Sequence record: OR352935.1
Direction: 5' to 3' (one strand)
DNA from: Escherichia phage AV104
DNA length: 43,102 bases
The notes under the pieces are model-generated. The model was given only the letters and a program-made list of their open reading frames with translations, made no database searches and was not told the origin of the DNA. Positions 18,864 through 27,187 of the stretch are shown in pieces; position 1 is the first letter of the stretch, and every line of letters begins with the position of its first letter. A program made the translations under genes and the position numbers.

Positions 18864-19225
18864 ATATTAATTCTTATACTGGGTTACCGTACGATTTTCG
18901 CCGTCGTAATTGCTGGCACCACGTGCGTAACGTTCGTACCGACGCTGGCCTTTTTACGCCAGAGTTTAACGTCGCTTCACCAACACAGATTAACGACGCC
19001 TTCGAAGAAGGCCATAAAGACACTAAAGGCCTCGTACGCGTAGAAACTCCGCAAAACTTCGATGCCGTTCTGATGGCAACACGGCACAGAAACCGTGTAA
19101 TCTGGCACGCTGGAGTATACTATGACGGTATGGTAAGCCATTGCGAGCTGGCGAGTCGCCAGGTACGGTTAGACCGACTGGAAGACTTGCGCGAAACTTA
19201 TGCGGAGATAGAATTTTGGCGCTGA
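18860..19225 (+). CDS. tail assembly protein (gpK-like, NlpC/P60-type Cys-His)
   Basis: 121 aa; conserved Cys/His (RRNCWHHVRNV ... VIWHAGVYYDGMVSHCE); ATGA coupling. Confidence 0.45.
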   Translation: MNINSYTGLPYDFRRRNCWHHVRNVRTDAGLFTPEFNVASPTQINDAFEEGHKDTKGLVRVETPQNFDAVLMATRHRNRVIWHAGVYYDGMVSHCELASRQVRLDRLEDLRETYAEIEFWR

Positions 19226-21768
19226 TATTACATTACACCCGTAACGAAGACGGTACTTTTGACCGCAAACGGTATAACGTACCTCCGATGGAATACGTCG
19301 TTGCTAACATCCCAGACGGGGTACCTGTGCGTATTTACCGCGGCGAGATTGGTGATGATACAGACGTAACGGAAAACTTCGAAGCGCTGAAAGAAGATGA
19401 CGTTTTCCATATCATAGAGGGCGCTGGCGGCGGTGGTGGTTTTCTTGGTAAACTCCTGGACCCTTTGGGTGTGCTTAAATTTGTTACCAAGTTGATTTCT
19501 CCGTCGCAGAAAACGCCTAAAACGAGTTTAGCGAACCAGCAGGCGGAGTCTCCCAACAACAGCCTGACTGACCGAAACAATAAACCGCGGCCGTATGAAC
19601 GGTCGTATGATATTTGCGGCAGGGTCCAGACTATCCCTAATGACCTCATGACTACGTATAAGGTCTTCAATGACGCAGGTGTGGTAGTTGAATACGGCTA
19701 CTATGACGCCGGTCGCGGGTATCTTGATATTAAAGCCGAAGACATCACAGACGGCGATACTAAAGTACAGGAGATTACCGGAACTTCTGTAGCGGTATAC
19801 GCCCCTTTTACGTCCCCTAACAATACAAATACGCCTCAGCTTCTGGTAGGGGATCCTATTAATCAAAATCTATACATAACTATTGCCTCGAACGAGGTAG
19901 ATGGGGCCGTTCTTAAAGCGCAGAACGACATCAGGGTTAATCCCAGTGATACCGGTGAGATTTCATTGCAGGGGGCAACTGGTGTCGTCCGCGATAACAC
20001 TGGCGACTCTGCTTTCTCTGAGATTTTATCAGTTGGGGACATAGCTGTTTTTAACCTTATTCTGGTAAAAGACGTGGCTAACGTCAGTGGTAGCTATACT
20101 GTTACATACGTAGATGACTTTGAGGTAAGAGTAGCCGCCGGAGGGATGTTGTCAGAATGGCAAAAATTGCCATCGGGATTCACTCCTTTAACGCAAGGTA
20201 CCGAAGCATGGATTTCACCGTCGAACACTTACGATAAGTCGTTAACGGACTGGACTACTTTAAACCGCCTGGAAGTTGAACGCGTAGTAGCCAACATTGC
20301 GGCTGCTAATGGTATGTATAAAGACAACGGCAGTAAATTGCGCACGTCGGTAACTGTGGAGCTTCAGTATCAACTCCTTGATGAAACTGGCGTGCCGTAC
20401 GGTGATGTTTACTCAAAACAGGCCGTTATATCAGGTCGTTCTGCGGATTACACAGGTGTTACTATTTACGCCGACTTGCCCATGCGGTCGAAAGTTAGGG
20501 TACGTGCCCGCCGCGTCACTGACCTGGACCTCAGTTTTGAGGGAACCGTGGTAGACGAGGTTTCCTACATCAATCTTTATGGGCAGGTACGCGACACTAC
20601 ACCACATTACGGCAACCGTACTACCGTGCACTCCGCACGTAAGCAGACGCCGCGGGCAGCGGAGATTAAGCAACCACAGTTACGTATGGTCGCCACAGAG
20701 ATGGTGTACAAATACCTCGGCAACGGCACATTCGACACGGTTATGACGCCGAATACTCAGGCGATTCAGTCCTTAATCCGTCTCGCCCGCGACCCGGTAG
20801 TAGGTAATCTCAACCTAACAACATCCAATATGGACAAGTTGTTAGCTACTCAAACTGAGATAGAAAACTATTTCGGTAGCGCAGAGGCAGGCCAATTCTG
20901 CTACACTTTTGACGATTATAAAATGACCATGCAGGATATCATCAGCACAATAGCTGATGCTATTTTCTGCACTCCATATCGTAAAGGGCAGGACATATTG
21001 CTGGACTTCGAGCGCCCGCGGATTGGCCCGGAAATGGTGTTCACACATCGCAGCAAGACTACAGCTACGGAGAAGTGGACCCGAACGTTCAACGACGCTC
21101 AGGTATACGATAGTCTTAAGTTCTCCTACATCGACCCCGATACCAACGTCAAAGAGACAATCAGCATCCCAGCCGAAGGTGGTGTCAATACTGAAACGTA
21201 TGACTCCAAAGGTATACGTAATTATCGTCAGGCGTACTGGGCGGCGTACCGTCGGTACCAGAAGAACCTGTTGAAGAAAGTCACGGTGTCCTTTACGGCG
21301 ACAGAAGAAGGAGTTTTTGTGCTGCCGGGTCGCGCAATAAGCGTCGTTAAGGGTTCACGCGTAGCGCCTCAAGACGGCTATGTTGTTGCCGTTAATGGTC
21401 TTACTCTGACGTTATCACAACCGGTTACTTTTACCCCCGGAGACGACCACTCATTGATTCTTAAGAAGCGTGACGGTGGTGTTCAGAGCGTTGCAGTGGT
21501 TCCTGGAAGTCATGACCGTGAAGTGATTATGTTATCCGCGCCGCAGGAGGCAATTTACACAGGGAATAGCGCACTAAAAACTGAGTTTTCATTCGGCAAC
21601 GAAGCAAGGCATAATGCTCAGATGATTCTTGTTTCTACAGTTGACCCCGGAGATGACAGAACAGTTAAGATTACCGGGATTAACTATGAAGCAGATTTCT
21701 ATAAATACGACGGCGTCGCGCCTTTCGGCAGCGGTTTCTCCGGCGGATTCAGCAACGGTTTTAGTTAA
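19216..21768 (+). CDS. central tail fiber / host specificity protein (gpJ-like) with N-terminal gpI-like segment
   Basis: long ORF; N-terminal region with Gly run (GAGGGGGFLGKLLDP) resembles tail assembly protein I, continuous with about 750 aa J-like body; start uncertain (probable TTG near 19216). Confidence 0.55.
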   Translation: MALILHYTRNEDGTFDRKRYNVPPMEYVVANIPDGVPVRIYRGEIGDDTDVTENFEALKEDDVFHIIEGAGGGGGFLGKLLDPLGVLKFVTKLISPSQKTPKTSLANQQAESPNNSLTDRNNKPRPYERSYDICGRVQTIPNDLMTTYKVFNDAGVVVEYGYYDAGRGYLDIKAEDITDGDTKVQEITGTSVAVYAPFTSPNNTNTPQLLVGDPINQNLYITIASNEVDGAVLKAQNDIRVNPSDTGEISLQGATGVVRDNTGDSAFSEILSVGDIAVFNLILVKDVANVSGSYTVTYVDDFEVRVAAGGMLSEWQKLPSGFTPLTQGTEAWISPSNTYDKSLTDWTTLNRLEVERVVANIAAANGMYKDNGSKLRTSVTVELQYQLLDETGVPYGDVYSKQAVISGRSADYTGVTIYADLPMRSKVRVRARRVTDLDLSFEGTVVDEVSYINLYGQVRDTTPHYGNRTTVHSARKQTPRAAEIKQPQLRMVATEMVYKYLGNGTFDTVMTPNTQAIQSLIRLARDPVVGNLNLTTSNMDKLLATQTEIENYFGSAEAGQFCYTFDDYKMTMQDIISTIADAIFCTPYRKGQDILLDFERPRIGPEMVFTHRSKTTATEKWTRTFNDAQVYDSLKFSYIDPDTNVKETISIPAEGGVNTETYDSKGIRNYRQAYWAAYRRYQKNLLKKVTVSFTATEEGVFVLPGRAISVVKGSRVAPQDGYVVAVNGLTLTLSQPVTFTPGDDHSLILKKRDGGVQSVAVVPGSHDREVIMLSAPQEAIYTGNSALKTEFSFGNEARHNAQMILVSTVDPGDDRTVKITGINYEADFYKYDGVAPFGSGFSGGFSNGFS

Positions 21769-21780
21769 AGAGGACTCTAT

Positions 21781-23253
21781 ATGTCAAGCGGATGCGGTGA
21801 CGTTTTAAGCCTGGCGGATTTACAAACCGCCAAGAAACACCAGATTTTCGAAGCAGAGGTTATCACGGGCAAATCCGGCGGCGTTGCTGGCGGCGCTGAT
21901 ATTGATTACGCGACCAACCAGGTAACCGGGCAGACGCAGAAGACGCTCCCTGCCGTGTTGCGTGACGTGGGCTTTTCTCCGGTGTCGTGGGATTTCTCCA
22001 CAGGCGGCACGTTAACTGTTGACGACCGTGACAAAGTTGTCTATGACCCCGTAAGTAAAACGTGGTATTCGTACGCGGGTACGTTGCCTGTTGTGGTTCC
22101 TGCATCCTTTAACCCGGTTGGTAACGCTAACTGGAAGCCGCAGACTGACCCTGACTTACGTTCGGATTTAGAAACAATGTGGGCAGACGGCAGTTTCCCG
22201 GAAGCCGTTAGATATAAATACGGACTGCCAACTGTCGTTGACGGCGCGGTATACAGAACTGTTCAGGATAAGTTGGATGATTTTGTAAACGTTCGAGATT
22301 TCGGGGCTGTTGGTGATGGCTCTACCGACGACTCCGTAGCTTTCCAGAAGGCCATAAATACTGGACGTGCCGTAATGGTCCCTGCGGGGATTTACCGTAT
22401 ACAGAACGTAAGTGCCCCGAAGGTAGTGCTGTTTGCCGAAGTTCCTGGTTCAGTAGAAATACAGCCCGTGAACCCGGCTAGCACGGACCCTAGCGCGTGC
22501 CTTTACATCCGTGGTACATCCGAATCCGCCCTTTCGGGTCAAAACTATATCAGCGGAATTACATTCTCTTCCCCATTCGCAGCAGAAGGGGAAACCCCAT
22601 TCCTTTTGTTTTGTGAGTTCATTGAATACAGTACTTTCGAAAACCTTCTCTTCTACCGGGGGACATTCCGCCTATACAACCAACGGTATGTAAACTTTTA
22701 TAACTCGCGATTGTACAACGCTCTGCTGTACGTAGACCAGAACAAATCGGGGATTGATGCAGCGGTAGGGTTGCATATCGACAGGCTGTTCGCGGCATAT
22801 ACTAGCAAAGTAGAAATTAGAAACTGCACAGACACTCGCATCACCAATACCTATATTACTAACCCTGATTTAGCTTTATTGGTCGAGTTCGATACTGACT
22901 TCTTCAACTCCGGGGGTAGTAAGCCTTTTTGTGGTGTTTTAAAAACATCTAATATCATTGTTGAAGGGAGGTCTGTATTACGCTGCCTGGCTTTGAGTAC
23001 GATTACAGGATCCTGGTTTGGTGCTTTTTCTGGCACTGGTGTTAAGTTTGAAGATTGCTACGGATTAACATTCACAGGTAGTACCAGCCATTACTGTAAC
23101 GGTGGTTCTGCTATGGAACTAAACCGTGTCTATGATAGTTCTTTCGTCTCATCATCTTTCACCAATGCTTCTAATGATGGGGTAACAATGGATAACTGTA
23201 CTAACATTCAGTTTGTTGGCTGCAATGTCGGAACATTTGAACTTTACGAATAG
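21781..23253 (+). CDS. tailspike / tail fiber with pectate-lyase-like beta-helix
   Basis: 490 aa; VNVRDFGAVGDGSTDDSVAFQKAINTG matches the signature of right-handed beta-helix depolymerases. Confidence 0.7.
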   Translation: MSSGCGDVLSLADLQTAKKHQIFEAEVITGKSGGVAGGADIDYATNQVTGQTQKTLPAVLRDVGFSPVSWDFSTGGTLTVDDRDKVVYDPVSKTWYSYAGTLPVVVPASFNPVGNANWKPQTDPDLRSDLETMWADGSFPEAVRYKYGLPTVVDGAVYRTVQDKLDDFVNVRDFGAVGDGSTDDSVAFQKAINTGRAVMVPAGIYRIQNVSAPKVVLFAEVPGSVEIQPVNPASTDPSACLYIRGTSESALSGQNYISGITFSSPFAAEGETPFLLFCEFIEYSTFENLLFYRGTFRLYNQRYVNFYNSRLYNALLYVDQNKSGIDAAVGLHIDRLFAAYTSKVEIRNCTDTRITNTYITNPDLALLVEFDTDFFNSGGSKPFCGVLKTSNIIVEGRSVLRCLALSTITGSWFGAFSGTGVKFEDCYGLTFTGSTSHYCNGGSAMELNRVYDSSFVSSSFTNASNDGVTMDNCTNIQFVGCNVGTFELYE

Positions 23254-23263
23254 GACTAAGTAT

Positions 23264-23581
23264 ATGGCTACTATCATTCAAACCAACGGTATCAACATTG
23301 GCTCTAACTGCACGGGTGTTACTATCGTTTCCTGCAGTTTTAAAGGGAATAGTAACGGCGCTGTCGTAGGGTCGGGATGGAATAACGGGGACGGGGTAAA
23401 AGTAAGGACGCTGGCATGTATCGGTGTTGGAGATACGCCAGCGATTTCAAGGGGTACTACAGCGCAACGCCCTTCAGCACCTGTAAGTGGTCAGCAGTAT
23501 TACGATGCGTCCCTGGGGATTCCTATCTGGTGGAACTCAGTTAGTGGCACATGGAAAAACGCAGCAGGTGCTGACGTATAA
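23264..23581 (+). CDS. tail fiber C-terminal module (separate ORF or split continuation of tailspike)
   Basis: 105 aa in a different frame 11 nt after the tailspike stop; beta-helix-like repeats (NCTGVTIVSCSF) and a C-terminal GQQYYDASLGIPIWWN motif reminiscent of tail fiber C-termini. Confidence 0.45.
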   Translation: MATIIQTNGINIGSNCTGVTIVSCSFKGNSNGAVVGSGWNNGDGVKVRTLACIGVGDTPAISRGTTAQRPSAPVSGQQYYDASLGIPIWWNSVSGTWKNAAGADV

Positions 23582-23586
23582 AACTA

Positions 23587-23610
23587 AGGCCCCGAAAGGG
23601 GCCTTTTCTC
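23587..23610. terminator. bidirectional rho-independent terminator
   Basis: AAGGCCCC-GAAA-GGGGCCTT followed by TTCTC; ends both the structural operon and the reverse-strand replication operon. Confidence 0.65.
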
Positions 23611-23747
23611 TACTCGTCTGATAACTTCTCCAGAATAAACGCCAGTTGCGCATTGGCGGCGTCTCTCTGTTGCCGTAGTCTTAGGACTTCCTCTTCGAGT
23701 TCCTTGATACGTTTCTGTAAAGCTGGGATTGGGGCTACGATGTTCAT
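23610..23747 (-). CDS. small coiled-coil protein (45 aa, below cutoff)
   Basis: ATG overlaps upstream stop (ATGA); sequence MNIVAPIPALQKRIKELEEEVLRLRQQRDAANAQL. Confidence 0.3.
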   Translation of the reverse strand: MNIVAPIPALQKRIKELEEEVLRLRQQRDAANAQLAFILEKLSDE

Positions 23748-23929
23748 TTCTTACCATCACTTTTCTTGAAGCTACGTTTTATATCTGGCAGCGTGTAGCA
23801 TCTCGACTTCTCATATTTCCCGTCAGAGCTTACCAAAACAAAGCTGTTGCCGTCGTTTGATATGTACTCAATGGTGAAAGTATTGAACGAATGTACGCTG
23901 TATATTTCATCGCCAACATTAAGTTTCAT
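23744..23929 (-). CDS. hypothetical protein
   Basis: 61 aa ORF coupled to helicase gene. Confidence 0.45.
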   Translation of the reverse strand: MKLNVGDEIYSVHSFNTFTIEYISNDGNSFVLVSSDGKYEKSRCYTLPDIKRSFKKSDGKK

Positions 23930-25383
23930 TTCTTACCTCGTCTCTTCATGTAATTAAGCAACTCTTCCTGTACTGATTTCTTCTCGTCTGTACGCGCGGA
24001 AACAACCTCATCCAGCGTGTCTTTAGCGACGATGTGGTAGAGGAACACCGGGCGCTCGTGCCCCGCCTGCTTCTGTCGCACCGGGCCTATGCGCTCAACA
24101 ACCTGCAAATAGTGCTCAAGGTTCCAGCCTTGCGAAATAAACGCCAGATGATGGCCGCCGTCCTGTAAATTGAGGCCGTGTCCGGCTGACGCGGGATGAA
24201 CGCATAAAATCTCGATTTCACCACGGTTCCACGCTTCCATCTGCTTATTACCCTTAGCACCTTTGGCGAACGCCTGCGCCTGCGGAAAACGTTTCAGGAT
24301 GCGCTCCAGTTCATGCTTGAACTGATAGGCCACCAGTAACGGCGCACCCTGCAACTCTTCCACAATCGACTCAAGCGCGTCCAGTTTCGTGTCGTGCACT
24401 TTCTCCCAGTCTTTGGTTGCTTCCCCGTCTGGCCCCGATACATACACGGCACCGGATGCAATCTGGAGGCACTTCGATGTCTTCGCTGCCGCGTTAGCGG
24501 CCTCAACTTCCCCGCTCTCGAGTTCCGCAAATAACTTTTCCTCCATATCGATGTACGCCTGACGCGCCTTCTTCGGCAGGTCGATTTCAACCGGAACAAT
24601 AATCGGCGCTTCACACCCGAACCACTCAGCGGCGTCAATCGTGAGGCTTATGTCTTTCATCTTCTGGTGAATTTCATTATCCGCGCCCGGGCGTGCGTGG
24701 TACTCTCGCGCCATAGCCGATTTGCCTTTCTGTACCGAGTTAAACCAGCGGTCGGTGAACGCTGTGTATGAAGAACCGAGGCGCTCACCCGCATCTATAA
24801 ACCAGTTCTGCCCCCACAAGTCTTTGAGGCCGTTTGGTGAGGGTGTGCCTGTAAGGTTAATGAAACGCTTAACCTTTCCGAATGCCACCTTACTGAGCGC
24901 CTTTGCTCGCTTGCTTCCACCAGAACGGCTACGGAATGATTTCAGCTTCGTGCTTTCATCTGCGACGATAACGGTAAAAGGCCAGTCGTCTTTGCCGTAG
25001 TAGTCAATCAGCCACTCGATAACTTCGTAGTTCGTACACACTACGTTAGCATCGGACTCAAGCGCCGCGATGCGGCGCTTCTCCGAACCCGTTGCATCGA
25101 CGACACGCAGACACGGGAATCGCCATTTCTCTTGTTCTGCGGGCCATGTGCCGGACGCAACGCGCAGCGGGGCGAGGATTAACACGCGGTCGTCATCATT
25201 AAGCCGACCATTACGTAACAGTCGGTTTAACGCCCACAGTACGCTGCCGGTCTTCCCGGCGCCCATGCTTGCCCATATGTTACAGCGATTGTGCTGCAAC
25301 ATGAACGAGGTCATGAGCTTCTGGTACTCGCGCCTTTGAAACTTAGACATGATTGGCCTCATGAACTGCTTTTGCGAAACCAC
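23926..25383 (-). CDS. SF2 (SNF2/DEAD-like) ATP-dependent helicase
   Basis: 485 aa; Walker A SMGAGKTG, DExx box VIVADESTKL, C-terminal helicase motifs. Confidence 0.8.
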   Translation of the reverse strand: MVSQKQFMRPIMSKFQRREYQKLMTSFMLQHNRCNIWASMGAGKTGSVLWALNRLLRNGRLNDDDRVLILAPLRVASGTWPAEQEKWRFPCLRVVDATGSEKRRIAALESDANVVCTNYEVIEWLIDYYGKDDWPFTVIVADESTKLKSFRSRSGGSKRAKALSKVAFGKVKRFINLTGTPSPNGLKDLWGQNWFIDAGERLGSSYTAFTDRWFNSVQKGKSAMAREYHARPGADNEIHQKMKDISLTIDAAEWFGCEAPIIVPVEIDLPKKARQAYIDMEEKLFAELESGEVEAANAAAKTSKCLQIASGAVYVSGPDGEATKDWEKVHDTKLDALESIVEELQGAPLLVAYQFKHELERILKRFPQAQAFAKGAKGNKQMEAWNRGEIEILCVHPASAGHGLNLQDGGHHLAFISQGWNLEHYLQVVERIGPVRQKQAGHERPVFLYHIVAKDTLDEVVSARTDEKKSVQEELLNYMKRRGKK

Positions 25384-26026
25384 GCGGGGTAAGGCTGCGT
25401 ATTGTTTTTGTCCTCACCGATTTACCGCCTAATTTATTGTGTTGGTCGGAGTACCCATCAACCACGGCGACACATGATTTAACGGGCATCACAAAACCGT
25501 TACCCGCCCAAATACATGTCTTCTTAGGGTACGCGTCCCGCGGTTTTATGTATTCGGGGAACATTGGGTGCGTGTCGTCTTCGGGTAAATAGCCGCCGTA
25601 TTCGTACGGATTGAACGAATAGTCAGGCTTGCGCCATAAAGACGAAAGAACGCTAACCGGGTTCTCAATCATATAAGGTACGTTGTACTTTTTAGCCAGA
25701 CGCGCAGCCACTTTGCATGTAATCACGGCCTCTACCTGAAAAGTTGGATTCTTCTTCCGCTTCGTTTCGAAATGCGCTGCGCCGCTAACAGCTAAATCTG
25801 TGCACGGAGGGAACGCAAAAATAATATCCGGCGCAACCTCGAAGTCGAATTTATTGTCAATCCACGCGTTTATATAGTGGATGTTCTCGTGTTCAACTTT
25901 TGCGCCCAATCGCGCGTAGTCGCCGTGGTCGGCACCGTCGTAGTTGAAACAATAGCAAGTATGGCCCGCTTCCGCCCACGGTTGGGCCATGAGGCCCGAA
26001 CCGTCGAACAATGACCAGATAATCAT
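25343..26026 (-). CDS. compact C5-cytosine methyltransferase-like protein
   Basis: 227 aa; motif I LFDGSG, motif IV FPPCTD, ENP (motif VI-like), C-terminal RSLTPRGFAKA (motif IX/X-like); no room for a large target-recognition domain. Confidence 0.5.
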   Translation of the reverse strand: MIIWSLFDGSGLMAQPWAEAGHTCYCFNYDGADHGDYARLGAKVEHENIHYINAWIDNKFDFEVAPDIIFAFPPCTDLAVSGAAHFETKRKKNPTFQVEAVITCKVAARLAKKYNVPYMIENPVSVLSSLWRKPDYSFNPYEYGGYLPEDDTHPMFPEYIKPRDAYPKKTCIWAGNGFVMPVKSCVAVVDGYSDQHNKLGGKSVRTKTIRSLTPRGFAKAVHEANHV

Positions 26027-26214
26027 TTCGCCACCAGAACTAACTCTTTACGCCCGAACGCCGTAACGTTACCGGTTACGTCTTCGATAACCAGTTTACC
26101 GTTCGACTCTACGTACACCGTATCAACGGCAACAGGGCGACGGGTCTTAACATTGAAAATCATGTCGCCCGGTACGATGTCACGTGCTGGTTTGCGGTCG
26201 TATTCGTGTTTCAT
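26023..26214 (-). CDS. hypothetical protein
   Basis: 63 aa ORF in operon. Confidence 0.4.
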   Translation of the reverse strand: MKHEYDRKPARDIVPGDMIFNVKTRRPVAVDTVYVESNGKLVIEDVTGNVTAFGRKELVLVAK

Positions 26215-26253
26215 TTCTCAATTCCTTATAGTTAAGGCCCCGAAGGGCCTGTA

Positions 26254-26508
26254 TTAGTTAGATAATTCGGCTTGAACTTGCTTAATAAGTTCTCCAGCCG
26301 TTGTGAAGTCTACGGACAGCCGTTTAGCTACGTCTTCCGCAAGCACTTTGCGGCCAACCGACCCGAAACCCAGGATACGGTTTACTTCCGAAACCTTCAT
26401 ATACCATGAGTAATTAACTGATGCCCCTGTGTACTTACAGATTCGAACAGATGAATCGATTGAACCCATAATCATGGTGTTTACTGACAGTTGAAGTTCG
26501 ATAGCCAT
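26254..26508 (-). CDS. hypothetical protein
   Basis: 84 aa ORF in operon. Confidence 0.4.
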   Translation of the reverse strand: MAIELQLSVNTMIMGSIDSSVRICKYTGASVNYSWYMKVSEVNRILGFGSVGRKVLAEDVAKRLSVDFTTAGELIKQVQAELSN

Positions 26509-26509
26509 T

Positions 26510-26824
26510 TTATAATTCCTTATATTGTTGGGGTATGTGCTTACTATAATAGTCTGCTATTAGGGTGTCAATCTGTTTTATCGAACCAACGACAAAAACA
26601 TTCGCGCCACGTTTACGCATCCGCTCGTGCTCGCGTAACTGGTGTGGGTCTGGCTTCGTGCTTTCATCTTTCTTAACCTCAACGAACCAGATGATGCCGC
26701 CGGGGAGGATTACCAACAGGTCGGGCGCTCCGTTTCGGCCCTCATACACTATCTTACGAACGAGGCCCCCCAGGGCCTCGAATCGGTCTTTCGCGTATTT
26801 CTGTACGCGGCCCTCTTTAGTCAT
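26510..26824 (-). CDS. VRR-NUC domain nuclease
   Basis: PD-(D/E)XK-like motif (GAPDLLVILPGGIIWFVEVKK ... HQLREHE); ATG at 26824 coupled to upstream tiny ORF (track start 26839 is TTG). Confidence 0.7.
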   Translation of the reverse strand: MTKEGRVQKYAKDRFEALGGLVRKIVYEGRNGAPDLLVILPGGIIWFVEVKKDESTKPDPHQLREHERMRKRGANVFVVGSIKQIDTLIADYYSKHIPQQYKEL

Positions 26825-26973
26825 GGGCGTAGAACCCAAGTAAGGAAAGCCCCTCCTAGAACGGCAACACCGACAAACTTAAAGAACAGGCCATAACAGA
26901 ACATCGTGGCTATTCCCGCCCCGAGTAACAGTGCAAGCATGGTTACTATTGTCCAAAATACAAACATTGTCAT
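26821..26973 (-). CDS. tiny membrane protein (50 aa)
   Basis: hydrophobic MTMFVFWTIVTMLALLLGAGIATMFCYGLFFKFVGVAVLGGAFLTWVL; ATGA overlaps on both sides. Confidence 0.35.
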   Translation of the reverse strand: MTMFVFWTIVTMLALLLGAGIATMFCYGLFFKFVGVAVLGGAFLTWVLRP

Positions 26974-27059
26974 AATACGCACCCCTCACGTTTCGTGTGC
27001 TCAATCCCGCAGCGCGGACAGATTCGACAGTCTTCTTCATAGAACCAGTAGATTTTCAT
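26970..27059 (-). CDS. tiny Cys-rich peptide (29 aa)
   Basis: MKIYWFYEEDCRICPRCGIEHTKREGCVL with four Cys; ATGA overlaps on both sides. Confidence 0.3.
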   Translation of the reverse strand: MKIYWFYEEDCRICPRCGIEHTKREGCVL

Positions 27060-27187
27060 TCCAGCACCCACAGATAAATTGCGATGAACATACCTAATAC
27101 GGCTACAATCATGCCGTATTGGCCCTCGTGACAGTAGACACCGGCGGCAAATCCCGCCAGTACTGCGATAATCAGTTTACTTAGCAT
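27056..27187 (-). CDS. tiny membrane protein (43 aa)
   Basis: MLSKLIIAVLAGFAAGVYCHEGQYGMIVAVLGMFIAIYLWVLE; ATG lies four codons before the polymerase stop. Confidence 0.35.
   Translation of the reverse strand: MLSKLIIAVLAGFAAGVYCHEGQYGMIVAVLGMFIAIYLWVLE

Noticed and set aside
19141-19225. Track start of the J-like ORF at 19141 overlapping the K-like gene by 85 nt
   Set aside because: No RBS at 19141; a TTG with GGAG spacing near 19216 is more plausible, although the true start is unresolved
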